DNA of 64,000 nucleotides from NCBI GenBank assembly GCA_964418235.1, contig CAYQLG010000008.1:2164-66163 (forward strand), read 5' to 3'. Shown here in pieces: positions 46,145 to 56,235 of the stretch; the stretch's first letter is position 1; each line of letters starts with the position of its first letter. The notes under the pieces were generated by a model, which did not search any database, was not told the origin of the DNA, and saw only the letters and a list, made by a program, of their open reading frames with translations. Made by a program: the position numbers and the translations under genes. This DNA comes from an uncultured Planctomycetales bacterium (GTDB taxonomy: Bacteria > Planctomycetota > Phycisphaerae > UBA1845 > Fen-1342).

Positions 46145-47923
46145 TCAAGGCGGGGATTCGACCTGGGGAAGCGCTTGCGCGACCAGCGGCCCCAGCAGGT
46201 CGCTCTGCATGGCTTCGGCCTGCAATCCCGGCGCGAGCCGCAGCGCTTCGGCCAGGTGCGGCGTTGCTTCCTTGCCGCGGCCGAGTTTGGCGTGGGCCAA
46301 AGCCAGGAGCAGGTGCGCCGGCGGCCGGCGCGGGTCGAGCGCCACGGCCCGATTCAGAAGCTCAACCGCACCGCTCGCATTGCGCCCATTCAGCTCCAGC
46401 ACGCCCAAAAGCTCCAGCGTCGGCACGTGTCGCGGCTGATTGGTGAGTGCGTTGCGCAGATAGAGCCGCGCCGCGTCAAGCTCATCGCGCCGCGCCTCCA
46501 TGGCGCCGCGCCAGTAATAGGCCTCCGGCTGATCGGGCGCAAGCGACGTCGCGGCGTCGAGCTGCCGCGTCGCTTCTTCAAAGGCCCCGGCCTGCACCAG
46601 TGCCGCCCCGCGCCACACGTCAATCTGATAGGGCGCGACCGGCGGTTGCTCCGCCGCGCGCAAGGCATCGAGCGCCCCAAGGCCCAGAACATGCTGCCCC
46701 GCCGTGATCAATCCAACAGCGCGGTAAAAATTGAGCGCGGCTTGTTCGCGCGCGTCGGCCGGTCGCGCCAATTCGACCCAGCGCTGCAAGCGCTCGAGCT
46801 GATCCAGCCGCAGACACACGTCAAAGATCTTGAACCAGTCGCCGATCGCGAAGGCCGCATCCGCCCCGATCTGATCCAGCGCCGCCGCCGCACCGGCCGT
46901 ATCTCCTTTCGACAGCCGCGCGGTTGCCAGCAGCGCCTGCACTTCCGGTCTGTTGTCGCGCTCGCCGAGCGGCGCGAGCCGGGCAAGGGCCTCGTCAGGA
47001 TCCTGCCGGTCCAGCGCCCGACGGGCACAAAACTCCTGGTAGAGCCGGCCGGCGTGGCCGCGCGCATCGCCGCGCTTCGCGAGGCCGTCGGCGGCGCTGG
47101 CGCGGTTGGACAAGCGCGCGACCGCGGCACAGCGCTCCCAGAGTTCGCCCGGGAGTTGATCCGCCGGCAGCGCGCTGCAGAAGCTGATCAGTTCTTCCGC
47201 GGCGGCCGGGTCGCCCAAGGCCCATGTGCTCGGATCAGCGCCTCGCAAAGCCCGTGCGAGCAGATCGAGCACGCGCCGATCGCGCGCCGCGGGAGTTGTC
47301 GTGCGGCGTGACAGGCCGGTCGATCCGGAAGAGCCATCTGCGGCGCTGGGTCGATGTGAACCGGAATTGGGTGCATCACGCCGATCGGCGCCCGCGCCAG
47401 CGGCCGGGGCCGCACTCCGCGGTGTCGAGCTGCCGGCCGGGGACGCCCCCGCGCCGTTGCCCGGTCGAGACGGCGCCCTTTGCGTTGTCGCGGCCGCGGG
47501 TGAGCCTGGGGGGGGCGCGGCGTCACCCGTGCCGTTGCCGATGGCTTCGCTCGCGCCGCGCTGAATGAGCAAACGGTCGAGCTTCTCATTCACCTCGCGC
47601 AGGCGGTTATCGTTGGATAGAAGCGCTTTGCGCTGCTGACGCACGTCAGAGCGCAGGAATAAGAATGGGACCAGCGCGACGAACAGCAACAGGACCGTGC
47701 TGATGATCCAATAGGCGTAGAGCCGCTCCACCGCGCGCATGGCCCGGCCGGCATCAGGCAGCGCCGGCGCGGGTGGGACAGTCGCGCCGGGCTTGCCCGT
47801 CAAGGTTTGCGCACCGGCCGGTTGGGGCGTTGGGGCGGGGCGCTGTGCCGCGGGGGCTGCCGATTGCTGAGCGCCTGGCTTGGGCACCGGCGCGCCAGGC
47901 CTCGGTGGATTCGGGCCGGTCAT
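46145..47923 (-). CDS. Membrane-anchored tetratricopeptide (TPR) repeat protein with Pro/Ala-rich N-terminus
   Basis: 592 aa. Pro-rich N-terminus, TM YWIISTVLLLFVALVPFLFL. C-terminal TPR-like repeats (AYYWRGAMEARRDELDAARLYLRNAL..., LLLALAHAKLGRGKEATPHLAEALRL). Confidence 0.65.
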   Translation of the reverse strand: MTGPNPPRPGAPVPKPGAQQSAAPAAQRPAPTPQPAGAQTLTGKPGATVPPAPALPDAGRAMRAVERLYAYWIISTVLLLFVALVPFLFLRSDVRQQRKALLSNDNRLREVNEKLDRLLIQRGASEAIGNGTGDAAPPPGSPAAATTQRAPSRPGNGAGASPAGSSTPRSAAPAAGAGADRRDAPNSGSHRPSAADGSSGSTGLSRRTTTPAARDRRVLDLLARALRGADPSTWALGDPAAAEELISFCSALPADQLPGELWERCAAVARLSNRASAADGLAKRGDARGHAGRLYQEFCARRALDRQDPDEALARLAPLGERDNRPEVQALLATARLSKGDTAGAAAALDQIGADAAFAIGDWFKIFDVCLRLDQLERLQRWVELARPADAREQAALNFYRAVGLITAGQHVLGLGALDALRAAEQPPVAPYQIDVWRGAALVQAGAFEEATRQLDAATSLAPDQPEAYYWRGAMEARRDELDAARLYLRNALTNQPRHVPTLELLGVLELNGRNASGAVELLNRAVALDPRRPPAHLLLALAHAKLGRGKEATPHLAEALRLAPGLQAEAMQSDLLGPLVAQALPQVESPP

Positions 47924-47926
47924 GCG

Positions 47927-48463
47927 TCACCGTCGCGGTGCGCCGGGACCGTGAGCATCGTCTTGATCATGATCATCATCCGGGCGGTCCTCATCATCCT
48001 GGTCGCGTTCGACTTCACGGTCTTCGTCCGCATCCTTCTGATCACCCTTTCCGCGCCCGCCCTGGCCGCCGGGCGGGGCATCATCCTCACGCGTGGCGGC
48101 AGTGACCTGCTCGTCGGAAATCCGATAACGGCTCCAGGCGTCGACATAGCGTGTAGGCTTTCCGCCCACGCTCGATTCCGTCACAGCGCGTCCGAGACGA
48201 ATCACCAGGTACGCCCCCAGCACAAACACAAGGATCAGCAAGGCCGCCGCAAGCAGCAGGACGAGCAGCGCCTTCAGCCGGCGCTCCTGCGCCGCGCTGA
48301 CGGGGTCGGCCGGGTCGAACTCGGTCGGAATGACCGGGTAATACATCGCGCGGCCAAGGTAAAGATACATCGTCGCCGCGACGAGCAGGCCGATCCCGGC
48401 CAAAACGAACCAGGTGAATATCCGTCCGTCGGAAGGCCGGCCCGGTGGTGCGCGCCTCGTCAT
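47927..48463 (-). CDS. Hypothetical two-TM protein with a strongly acidic C-terminal tail
   Basis: ATG 48463 overlaps the upstream J-protein stop as ATGA (48463-48460). TMs [21 protein letters not shown] and [24 protein letters not shown]. Tail [24 protein letters not shown]. Confidence 0.5.
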   Translation of the reverse strand: MTRRAPPGRPSDGRIFTWFVLAGIGLLVAATMYLYLGRAMYYPVIPTEFDPADPVSAAQERRLKALLVLLLAAALLILVFVLGAYLVIRLGRAVTESSVGGKPTRYVDAWSRYRISDEQVTAATREDDAPPGGQGGRGKGDQKDADEDREVERDQDDEDRPDDDHDQDDAHGPGAPRR

Positions 48464-49395
48464 AGCCACTCCACATCGGCCCGCGGCCGTTGGTGCAGCT
48501 CCATGTCCAGTTCATCCAGCAGCGCCGCCGCGCGCGGCGAGAGCGCCGTGGGAACCACAATCTTCACGACGGCGTACATGTCGCCCGGTTCGCCGCGGCG
48601 TGGGTCGGGCACACCCCTGCCGCGCAGCCGCAGCTTCCGCCCGCTCGATGAGCCAGGCGGAATCTTGATGGTCGTGCGGCCCGAGAGCGTGGGAATATCA
48701 AGCGTCGCGCCGCGCGTCGCCTCGACGATGCTGAGCGGGACATCGAGCAGGATGTCGCGCCCCTCGCGACGATAGTAAGGATGCGGCGCAATCCGCACGC
48801 AGATCAGCAAATTCCCACGTCCGCCGCTGCCGGGCTGGCCGCGTCCGCGCACGCGGATGATCTGTCCATCATCCACCCCCGGCGGAATCCGCACCGCGAT
48901 GTGCTCCTGCTCGTCGCCTTGCAGGATGATCTCGCGGGTTGTGCCGTGAATCGCCTCGTCAAACGAGATGACGACGTCGTGTTTGATGTCTTCGCCGAGG
49001 GTTGCGGCGGACGCGCCGCGACGGCCGCGGGAGGTGACGCGCCCGCCGCGTGAGAAGAACTGCTCGAAGATGCCGCCGAGGTCGCCGATGTCTCCGAAGT
49101 GGATCGAGCCTTCGGCGTGATGTCCGGGGCCGCGGCCAGCGGCTTGATCGTTCCACCCGCGCATGTCGGGAGGCGGGCCGCCGGCGCCGAAGCGATCGTA
49201 TTGCGCTCGTCGATCAGCATCGCCCAGCACGTCGTAGGCGGCCTGGGTTTCCTTGAAGCGCTTTTCCGCGGCCTTGTCGCCGGGGTTTCGGTCGGGGTGG
49301 TATTGCTTGGCGAGCCGGCGGTAGGCCTTTTTGATTTCTTCCGCGCTCGCCGTTCGCGACACCCCCAGGATGACATACGGGTCTTTGCTGCTCAT
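48460..49395 (-). CDS. cbpA: J-domain co-chaperone of the CbpA type (DnaJ C-terminal domains, no zinc finger)
   Basis: [34 protein letters not shown] (HPD motif), a G-rich linker, and CTD I/II ([17 protein letters not shown]..., [21 protein letters not shown]). No CxxCxGxG repeats. Confidence 0.8.
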   Translation of the reverse strand: MSSKDPYVILGVSRTASAEEIKKAYRRLAKQYHPDRNPGDKAAEKRFKETQAAYDVLGDADRRAQYDRFGAGGPPPDMRGWNDQAAGRGPGHHAEGSIHFGDIGDLGGIFEQFFSRGGRVTSRGRRGASAATLGEDIKHDVVISFDEAIHGTTREIILQGDEQEHIAVRIPPGVDDGQIIRVRGRGQPGSGGRGNLLICVRIAPHPYYRREGRDILLDVPLSIVEATRGATLDIPTLSGRTTIKIPPGSSSGRKLRLRGRGVPDPRRGEPGDMYAVVKIVVPTALSPRAAALLDELDMELHQRPRADVEWL

Positions 49396-49538
49396 GCAGC
49401 CCAACATCTTATTTCGCCGCGGCGGGACGGACAATCGGCTCATCGCATCCCAAGCGCCGACCAGCCGCCGCGGAATTCTTGGGGTTGGGCCGGTTCGCTC
49501 CGCAGCGGCGCGGCACGGTTACTTTTATACTCTTGGGT

Positions 49539-49937
49539 ATGAACTGGCTGGTAAAAAGCGATCCGGACGAATATTCCGCCGACGATCTCAAGCGTGATGG
49601 CCGCACGCGCTGGACGGGGGTGCGCAACCCCGCGGCCCGCAAAGCGCTCACGGCGATGAAAAAGGGCGACGTGGTGTTGATCTATCACACCGGCGACGCG
49701 CGCGCGATCGTCGCGCTGGCCAAAGTCGCCGCGCCGGTGGGAGACGATGCCGCCGAACCGGAGCTGGTTTTTCAGCGCCGGTTGAAGCAGCCGATCCCGC
49801 TGAGCGCGATCAAGGCCGATGCGTTCTTTGCTGATTTTGCGCTTGTTCGCCAGGGGCGGTTGTCGGTTATGCCCGTGACTGCGGAGCAATGGACGCGGCT
49901 GCTTGCGCTGGAGTCGGTGGTCGAGCCACGGGCGTAG
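49539..49937 (+). CDS. EVE (PUA-like, DUF55) domain protein
   Basis: Internal ATG 49539. MNWLVKSDPDEYSADDLKRDGRTRWTGVRNPAARKALTAMKKGDVVLIYHTG is typical of EVE domains. Confidence 0.75.
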   Translation: MNWLVKSDPDEYSADDLKRDGRTRWTGVRNPAARKALTAMKKGDVVLIYHTGDARAIVALAKVAAPVGDDAAEPELVFQRRLKQPIPLSAIKADAFFADFALVRQGRLSVMPVTAEQWTRLLALESVVEPRA

Positions 49938-50059
49938 CGCGCCCGAACCGCCCGATTGGAGTACGTGGTGGCGTGATCGGGTAGTGGGGGGCGCGGTCGT
50001 TTGTCTGCTCGGCGTTTCAACAATCAGCGGCGAAGTGACCCCATCGCGCCGAGCGGCGC

Positions 50060-50172
50060 TCGCCAATCATTCTTCGATCTTCGCGATTCGCCATTTCTCA
50101 TCCGCCGTCGGCCGCGGCTGGTGATGCGAGTGGCGTGAGAAGGTGCGAAGGTGATAACGTCATAAGGTGAAG
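50060..50172 (+). repeat. Degenerate family A copy
   Basis: CGCCAATCATTCTTCGATCTTCGCGATTCGCCATTTC, then CCGCCGTCGGCCGCGGC, then 8-mer-like GTGATGCGAGTGGCGTGAGAAGGTGCGAAGGTGATAACGTCATAAGGTGAAGG. Confidence 0.5.
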
Positions 50173-50382
50173 GCGTCTGGGGTTGTCGCTCAGATGGGGC
50201 CAAATGACTTCAGTTGCGGAGCCGGTGCGCCCCAAGCGATGTATGACCAATGGCCAACGCTTTGGCATGCCCTCGAGACCGAGGATTTTCCCCCCCTTGT
50301 GCTACGGCGTGCAGATCGCCCCAAACGCCGTCGAGTCGCCCGACGTGGCGCGGCTGTCTGAACAGCCTGCGCCGCCGGTCGA

Positions 50383-50574
50383 TCACAGCGGATAGGTGTC
50401 GCGCTGGATTCGCTTGATGGACTTGCGGACTTTGCGCCGGCGACGCTCAGAGGGCTTCTCGTAATAACTCGTGCGCTTAATGTCGCGCGTCAGACCCTCT
50501 TTCTCACACAGCTTCTTGAAGCGGCGGACCATCTGCTCCACCGTCTCGTTTCCGCGTACCTTCACACGAATCAT
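50383..50574 (-). CDS. rpsU: 30S ribosomal protein S21
   Basis: Internal ATG 50574. MIRVKVRGNETVEQMVRRFKKLCEKEGLTRDIKRTSYYEKPSERRRRK, 63 aa. Confidence 0.9.
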   Translation of the reverse strand: MIRVKVRGNETVEQMVRRFKKLCEKEGLTRDIKRTSYYEKPSERRRRKVRKSIKRIQRDTYPL

Positions 50575-50852
50575 GCACACCGTTCCTTTCATTGCCGCCC
50601 GGAGATATCGATATCCTCCAAGGCGAGCCACATATCGTAATGTCCCCGGCGGTTTCAGCAAGGCGATTTTCGGATTTATCGGCGTTCCGGTAAAGCGGCT
50701 TTCCGACCTCCCGACTTTTTCGTAGATGCTGGACGGTCCGCATGCTGCGGGGGGGGCAGGCTCGGCAGTCGCCCGGCGGCCATGCTGCGACCTAGCTCGT
50801 CGGACACGGTACTCATCCCTTGAACGGCTTGTGGCTGTCGCATCTCTCCGGC

Positions 50853-51009
50853 CTAGTGCTTCGTCAAACTTGAATCTTCGGATGAAGTGGAAAGGAGCTC
50901 CGACGTCACGGCATGAGTTTAGTGCCTATCTTTGTAGTGGGACGCACGGGCCGGAGGCCCATGCTACCCTCGTTTCGAACCCGCAAATTCAAGTGTGACG
51001 AAGCACTAG
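50853..51009 (+). mobile_element. Family B MITE-like element (copy B4, intact)
   Basis: 157 bp. CTAGTGCTTCGTCAAACTTGAAT ... ATTCAAGTGTGACGAAGCACTAG. Reverse complement of 31878-32034 with few differences. It creates the spurious N-terminal extension of the argS ORF. Confidence 0.85.
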
Positions 51010-51131
51010 GATGCGCCCGCGGGCATCGATTGCCCCATGGCCTTCGGCTGCATCTGCTTGGCGCCTCCCCAGCTTCGAGGGGTTGGCTTCATGGCTTGCG
51101 ACGCGCGGGGTTCGTCGGTAGCTTCGACCGC

Positions 51132-53351
51132 ATGAATGCCTTGAGCCTGTTCGCGGAATTGCGGACGCGATTTTCCGAGGCCGTCGCGCAGGTCGCGGGG
51201 GCCCCTCCGGTCGACCCGCTCGTGCGCCCTTCGGCCGATGCCAAGTTCGGCGACTATCAATGCAACATCGCGATGTCGCTGGCCAAGACGCTCGGCGCGA
51301 AGCCGCGTGACGTGGCCGAGCGTGTCAAGGCCGCCGCCGCGCCGTTGTTGTCCGACTTGGCCGAACCACTTGAGATCGCCGGAGCGGGATTCATCAACAT
51401 CCGTCTGAAGAACGCAGCTATGTTGGCCCGGCTGCGCGCGATCGAGCCGATGGCCGCAGCGACCGCCGCCGTGGACCGTTGCGGCATCCCGCCGGCGACA
51501 GCGCCGCAGCACGTGCTGGTGGATTACTCCTCGCCGAACATCGCGAAGCAGATGCACGTCGGCCATCTGCGCAGCACGATCATCGGCGATGTGTTTGTGC
51601 GGGCGCTGGGCTTCTTTGGCCATACGGTGACGCGGCAGAATCACGTCGGCGACTGGGGCACGGCGATCGGCATGGTCGTGCTCGGCTATTGGTATGTGCA
51701 GATGCGCTTCCGTCGTGGCGAAAGCGCCGCACAAATCGAGGAACGCATCCGCGCGTTCGCCGTTCCCAAGAATGAGCCGCTCGACCGGCTGAACGCGCTG
51801 GGCCGGCAGATCTGCGACGAGTGGAGCGACGATCTGCAAGACCCCGCCTTCGATCGTTTTTCCGAGGAGAGCTTTGGCGCGCAGCGGATCGGCCTCGACG
51901 AGCTGGAGCTGGGCTATCGCTTTGTGCAGGCGCTGATCGCCATCGCCCAGCGGCTCGATTGGCGCGTGCGCAACCGCCAGCCCTCGGCCTCCGCCGAGGG
52001 TGAAACCGAGTGGGAACGCATCGCTAACATTCCGCGCAAGGTAACGCGCATGCTGCAACTGGGCGGCGCGCGAAATGAGCCGGAGCGCCGCGCCTGGCAG
52101 CAGGCCCGCCACATTTCGCTGGCCGAGTGTCAAGGCGTCTATGACCGGCTCGGCGTCATGCTGACGGAGCGCGACGTCTGCGGCGAGAGCTTTTATGAAC
52201 AGGGCGAGCGCCTGCCGCGCGTCGTCGCCGAGCTGCGTGAAAAACTCGGGGGCGCCGGCCGCTGCAGCCCCGACGGCACGCGCGCGGTCTTCCGCACGGA
52301 CGCCGGCGCCGAGTGTGTCTTCCTTGAGCAGGCCGACGGCCAGCCGACGTACAAAACGCCCGAGGGCCAGCCGCAGCCGCTGATCGTTCGCAAATCCGAC
52401 GGCGCTTATCTCTATGCGACCACGGACCTCGCCGCCGTACGCTATCGCATCGAAGAGCTGGGCGCGCGGCGGTTGATCTATGTGACCGATGCGCGCCAGA
52501 AGCAGCATTTTGAAATGTTTTTCCGGGTCGCGCGGATCGTCGGCTGGGCCTGCCACGAGGTTTCGCTCGAGCACACCACGTTCGGCAGCGTGCTGGGAGA
52601 GGACAAGAAGCCGCTGAAGACGCGCGACGGGCGCAACATCAAGCTGCGCGAACTGCTCGACGAGGCCGCGCGCCGCGCATTCGCGGTTATCCAGGAGCGT
52701 CGCGCGGCGGTGGACGCCGACGGGCCATCCACCGTGGCGACGGCTCAGGAGCGCCCGGTTGTGCCTGTCGCGCCCGCCATTGCGGATTCCGCCGCGGCTG
52801 ATGCCCTTGACGCGGGCGTCGGGGAAGGAGCCAGCGCGGAAGAAAGCGACGCCGAGATCGCCCGCATCGTCGGCATCGGCGCGGTGAAATACGCCGATCT
52901 TTCGCGCGACCGCAACACCGACTATGTCTTCAGTTGGGACAAGATGCTGGCGCTGCAGGGCAACACCGCGCCTTACATGCTCTATGCCTATGCCCGCGTC
53001 CGCTCGATCTATCGCAAGGCCGCCGCCACCGCGGGAATCGCCGCACAACAGGTTTATGCGTCCGACCTGGCGCTCGCCGAACTCGCCCCCGCCGAGCGCG
53101 CCCTGGCCCTGCGGCTGTGCCGATTGCATGAGACGCTTGAGACGCTGGCGGCGGACTTACAGCCGCATGTGCTCTGCGCCTATCTCTACGATCTGGCCGC
53201 CGACTTCATGCGCTTTTATGAGAGTTGTCCGGTCTTGGCGGCGGAGTCGGAAAGCACCCGACTGGCCCGGCTGCGCCTGTGCGATCTGACGGCGCGGGCG
53301 CTGCGGCTAGGCCTGCACCTGCTCGGCATCGAGACGCTGGAGCGCATGTAA
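51132..53351 (+). CDS. argS: Arginine--tRNA ligase (long form, 739 aa)
   Basis: Internal ATG 51132 (MNALSLFAELRTRF). SPNIAKQMHVGHLRS (HIGH region). C-terminal anticodon-binding DALR-type domain (YLYDLAADFMRFYESCPVL), ending ...ETLERM. Confidence 0.9.
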   Translation: MNALSLFAELRTRFSEAVAQVAGAPPVDPLVRPSADAKFGDYQCNIAMSLAKTLGAKPRDVAERVKAAAAPLLSDLAEPLEIAGAGFINIRLKNAAMLARLRAIEPMAAATAAVDRCGIPPATAPQHVLVDYSSPNIAKQMHVGHLRSTIIGDVFVRALGFFGHTVTRQNHVGDWGTAIGMVVLGYWYVQMRFRRGESAAQIEERIRAFAVPKNEPLDRLNALGRQICDEWSDDLQDPAFDRFSEESFGAQRIGLDELELGYRFVQALIAIAQRLDWRVRNRQPSASAEGETEWERIANIPRKVTRMLQLGGARNEPERRAWQQARHISLAECQGVYDRLGVMLTERDVCGESFYEQGERLPRVVAELREKLGGAGRCSPDGTRAVFRTDAGAECVFLEQADGQPTYKTPEGQPQPLIVRKSDGAYLYATTDLAAVRYRIEELGARRLIYVTDARQKQHFEMFFRVARIVGWACHEVSLEHTTFGSVLGEDKKPLKTRDGRNIKLRELLDEAARRAFAVIQERRAAVDADGPSTVATAQERPVVPVAPAIADSAAADALDAGVGEGASAEESDAEIARIVGIGAVKYADLSRDRNTDYVFSWDKMLALQGNTAPYMLYAYARVRSIYRKAAATAGIAAQQVYASDLALAELAPAERALALRLCRLHETLETLAADLQPHVLCAYLYDLAADFMRFYESCPVLAAESESTRLARLRLCDLTARALRLGLHLLGIETLERM

Positions 53352-53405
53352 AGACGGTCGAAGGCGATGGGAGAAAATCCGCGTGGGATGGCGCTCGCGC
53401 GCTGC

Positions 53406-53957
53406 TCACGGTTGCGCATCGTTCGGCTCTTGGGCCTCCGCCGGCAGCGGAAAGCACCGCTGCGCAGCGGCGATGCGCGCACTGCGTTCCGCGCTGCGGG
53501 CGCGCTGCGCCGCCGCCTGTTCCGGCGCGGCGTCCGGCGGCAAATCCTGTCCGTGCAGGTACAACGCTATGGCCTCATCGATGTCGGCGCGTGTAAATGA
53601 CTCTGCTTGCAACAGCGCGCCATCGCTGTCGATCACAAGCACGCGAAAGGTGTCGCCCTCCGGGTGGTCGCGATCCACGCGCGTCTCCATGAAGACGGTC
53701 TTGTCGCCGACGCGCTTCTCCGAGGAAAGCGCCAGCCGATCAACTCCGGCCTCCCAGGCTTTGCGCAGCAAGATCGCATCGAGCAGCTCCTGCCGCTCAT
53801 GCGCGGCGAGTTGATCAATAAAGTGTTCCCAGCCGGCGTCGATCTGTGCCTGCTGCTCATCGTTCAGTCGGTCGGGCATCGGCTTGACCCCGAGGGAACT
53901 GCACCCAGTGAGCGCCAGCAGCACCAGCAGGGCCGCCACGAAGAAAGCAGGGTTCAT
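53406..53957 (-). CDS. Hypothetical lipoprotein
   Basis: ATG 53957 after GGGAGA. Lipobox LVLLALTGC in MNPAFFVAALLVLLALTGCSS. Confidence 0.55.
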   Translation of the reverse strand: MNPAFFVAALLVLLALTGCSSLGVKPMPDRLNDEQQAQIDAGWEHFIDQLAAHERQELLDAILLRKAWEAGVDRLALSSEKRVGDKTVFMETRVDRDHPEGDTFRVLVIDSDGALLQAESFTRADIDEAIALYLHGQDLPPDAAPEQAAAQRARSAERSARIAAAQRCFPLPAEAQEPNDAQP

Positions 53958-54139
53958 CTTTTTCTCCCGGTGTCGAATTTGATAGCGGCCAATGACCTTA
54001 AACGAGCCGCCTACATCTTTGTTTCCGCGAAAATTTCGAGCCGACGATGCTGCCACCGTCCGCATGAAACGTCAACGCCGCGTACAACCGCGGCTGAGGC
54101 GGTGGCACACGGCGGACAGACAGCTCGGAGCAGACGGGG

Positions 54140-54349
54140 TTACGATGCGGCGAGCGCGCGAACGTTCGACGCTTTCAGACCTTTCGGGCTTTCCAAAAGG
54201 TCGAACTCGACCTTCTCGCCCTCCTTAAGCGAGCGAAACCCGTCGGCCTTGATTTCCGAATGATGCACAAACACGTCCTTGCCATCATCGAGCTGAATGA
54301 AGCCAAATCCTTTGGCGTCATTGAACCACTTTACGACTCCAGTTGACAT
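54140..54349 (-). CDS. cspA: Cold-shock protein (CspA family)
   Basis: Internal ATG 54349. [33 protein letters not shown] carries the RNP-1 and RNP-2 motifs. Confidence 0.9.
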   Translation of the reverse strand: MSTGVVKWFNDAKGFGFIQLDDGKDVFVHHSEIKADGFRSLKEGEKVEFDLLESPKGLKASNVRALAAS

Positions 54350-54445
54350 GGCGAACAACCTCAGGACGGCCCGGATACTAAGCCGCGAAACAACGCCGTC
54401 TCGCACAGCCCAGACCCACCGGACAGGCCGGCCTTAACAGAATCC

Positions 54446-54477
54446 ATAAAAATGAGCAAATCTGCGGATGGTGTCAA
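54446..54477 (-). promoter_or_regulatory. Candidate promoter for csp (TTGACA plus an AT-rich -10 region), implying a ~100-nt leader
   Basis: Minus strand reads CTTGACACCATCCGCAGATTTGCTCATTTTTATGG. The spacing to a clean -10 hexamer is not ideal. Confidence 0.25.
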
Positions 54478-54963
54478 GTTCTTTGGCGACAAGGGCTTTT
54501 GTGCGTCCGCATCAGAGGATGCTGGGCTGAAACTTGATGTTGCCGTCGTCAAACGCCAAAAATGATGAAAAACAACGGCAATCGTGGGGAGATTACCACA
54601 TGCTTGGCGGGTTTGGCGGCAACGCCGATAGGCGTTATTGGACAGCATTTCCATGCAAAAATTTCGTTCACGCGGTCGGTTGTGGCGCGGCGGAAGCGCC
54701 TGGGGGTGTCGGGACGCTTCCACGGGCGGGCGCGATCGCGATTGGCTCGCGCATTCAGCGCGCGACGGACGAGGAATCGCGCCAGCGCGCTAGAGCGGAG
54801 CTTGCCGCGGCAGTACATTCGTCGCTTGACCGAGCGAGGCGGCGGTCGCCTCGACCGGGCGAGAATGCGAACATCGCGACTCGACGGTCGGCCAGCGGCG
54901 CGCTGCGCTCGCATGGCTTCCCGATCACGCCGCTATTCAAGGACCGCAGCCGCGACAGCACCC

Positions 54964-56007
54964 ATGTCAACTCACGCCGAAAAAGTGCTGGTTACGGGCG
55001 GGTCGGGTTACTTCGGCTCGTTGCTGGTGCGCGAGCTGCGCGCCCGCGGGGCGGCGGTGCGCGTCTTTGATCTTCATGACGCCGATGATCGCCCGCGCGA
55101 GGTCGAGTTTGTGCAGGGCGACATCCGAGATGCAGCGACGGTCGCGCGGGCCTGCGCGGACGTCGCGACTGTGCATCACAACGTGGCGCAGGTGCCGTTG
55201 GCGAAGGATCGCGCGCTGTTCAAATCGGTGAACATCGATGGCACGCGCAACCTCCTGCAGGCCGCGACCGCCGCCGGCGTGGTCAAAGTCGTCTATACGT
55301 CATCAAGCGCCGTGTTTGGCGCGCCGCGCGTCAACCCGGTCACGGAGGAGACCGTGCCGACGCCGGCGGAGGCGTATGGTCGCGCGAAGCTGTCGGGGGA
55401 AGCGCTCTGTCGCGAATACGTTGCGCGCGGCCTGGATGTCTCGATCGTTCGTCCGCGCACGATCCTCGGGCATGGGCGGCTGGGCATTTTTCAGATTCTC
55501 TTTGAGTGGGTGCGCGAAGGACGCAACGTGCCGGTGCTGGGGCGCGGCGACAACCGCTATCAGTTCGTGCATGCCCAAGACCTGGCGCAGGCCTGCATCC
55601 TCGCGGGCGAGCGGCCCGGACCGCGCGTCTTCAACTGCGGCGCCGCGCGCTTCGGCACGATGCGGCAGTTGCTCGAAGCGCTCTGTCGCCATGCCAAGAC
55701 CGGATCCCAGGTGCGGGGCCTGCCGGCGGGGCCGGTGATCGCGGCGATGAAGCTGACCGGCGCGATCGGCCTGTCGCCGTTGGGCGCCTATCACGCCCTG
55801 ATGTATGGGCGCGAGATGTACTTTGATCTGACACGCATCACCGCGGAACTGAACTGGGCCCCGCGCTATTCGAATGAGGAGATGATCATCGAAAGTTATG
55901 AGTGGTATCTGGCCCATCGCGCGCAGGTGCTCGCCGCGCGCGCGGGCAGCCACCACCGCTCCGCCGTCAGGCAGGGTGTTCTCGCGCTGGTCAAGCGCTT
56001 GATATGA
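54964..56007 (+). CDS. NAD-dependent epimerase/dehydratase (extended SDR)
   Basis: Internal ATG 54964. VLVTGGSGYFGS Rossmann motif, catalytic YGRAK (YxxxK). Confidence 0.8.
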   Translation: MSTHAEKVLVTGGSGYFGSLLVRELRARGAAVRVFDLHDADDRPREVEFVQGDIRDAATVARACADVATVHHNVAQVPLAKDRALFKSVNIDGTRNLLQAATAAGVVKVVYTSSSAVFGAPRVNPVTEETVPTPAEAYGRAKLSGEALCREYVARGLDVSIVRPRTILGHGRLGIFQILFEWVREGRNVPVLGRGDNRYQFVHAQDLAQACILAGERPGPRVFNCGAARFGTMRQLLEALCRHAKTGSQVRGLPAGPVIAAMKLTGAIGLSPLGAYHALMYGREMYFDLTRITAELNWAPRYSNEEMIIESYEWYLAHRAQVLAARAGSHHRSAVRQGVLALVKRLI

Positions 56008-56083
56008 GGCTCGCATGACCGGCGCCGCGCTCCGCCTAGTGACATCGCGGGGCCGAGATTTGGCCCACCAACACGGAACATGG

Positions 56084-56235
56084 CTAGTGCTTCGTCGGCT
56101 ACTTTTCGGGAAGCGCGGAATTCAACCCCAGCGTCATACCGTGTATCTGTGCCGCGGCTGGTTGTTGGACGCACGGGCCGGAGGCCGATGCAAACGCTTC
56201 TCGAACCGGCAACTTCAAGTGTGACGAACCATTAG
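56084..56235 (+). mobile_element. Family B MITE-like element (copy B5, variant subfamily)
   Basis: CTAGTGCTTCGTCGGCTAC ... AACTTCAAGTGTGACGAACCATTAG. Aligns end to end with B1/B4 at ~70% by eye. The hemW TAA stop (56234-56232) lies in its degenerate terminus. Confidence 0.75.

Noticed and set aside
50913-51131. N-terminal 73-codon extension of the argS ORF (MSLVPIFVVGRTGRRPMLPSF...)
   Set aside because: The extension is the translation of a family B MITE copy, and the same peptide appears antisense at 31974. The conserved ArgRS N-terminus begins at ATG 51132.
51006-53129. 707-aa ORF on the minus strand
   Set aside because: It is antisense to argS, which has clear class-I synthetase motifs. 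Its composition (R/A/G-rich) and lack of motifs indicate a spurious ORF.
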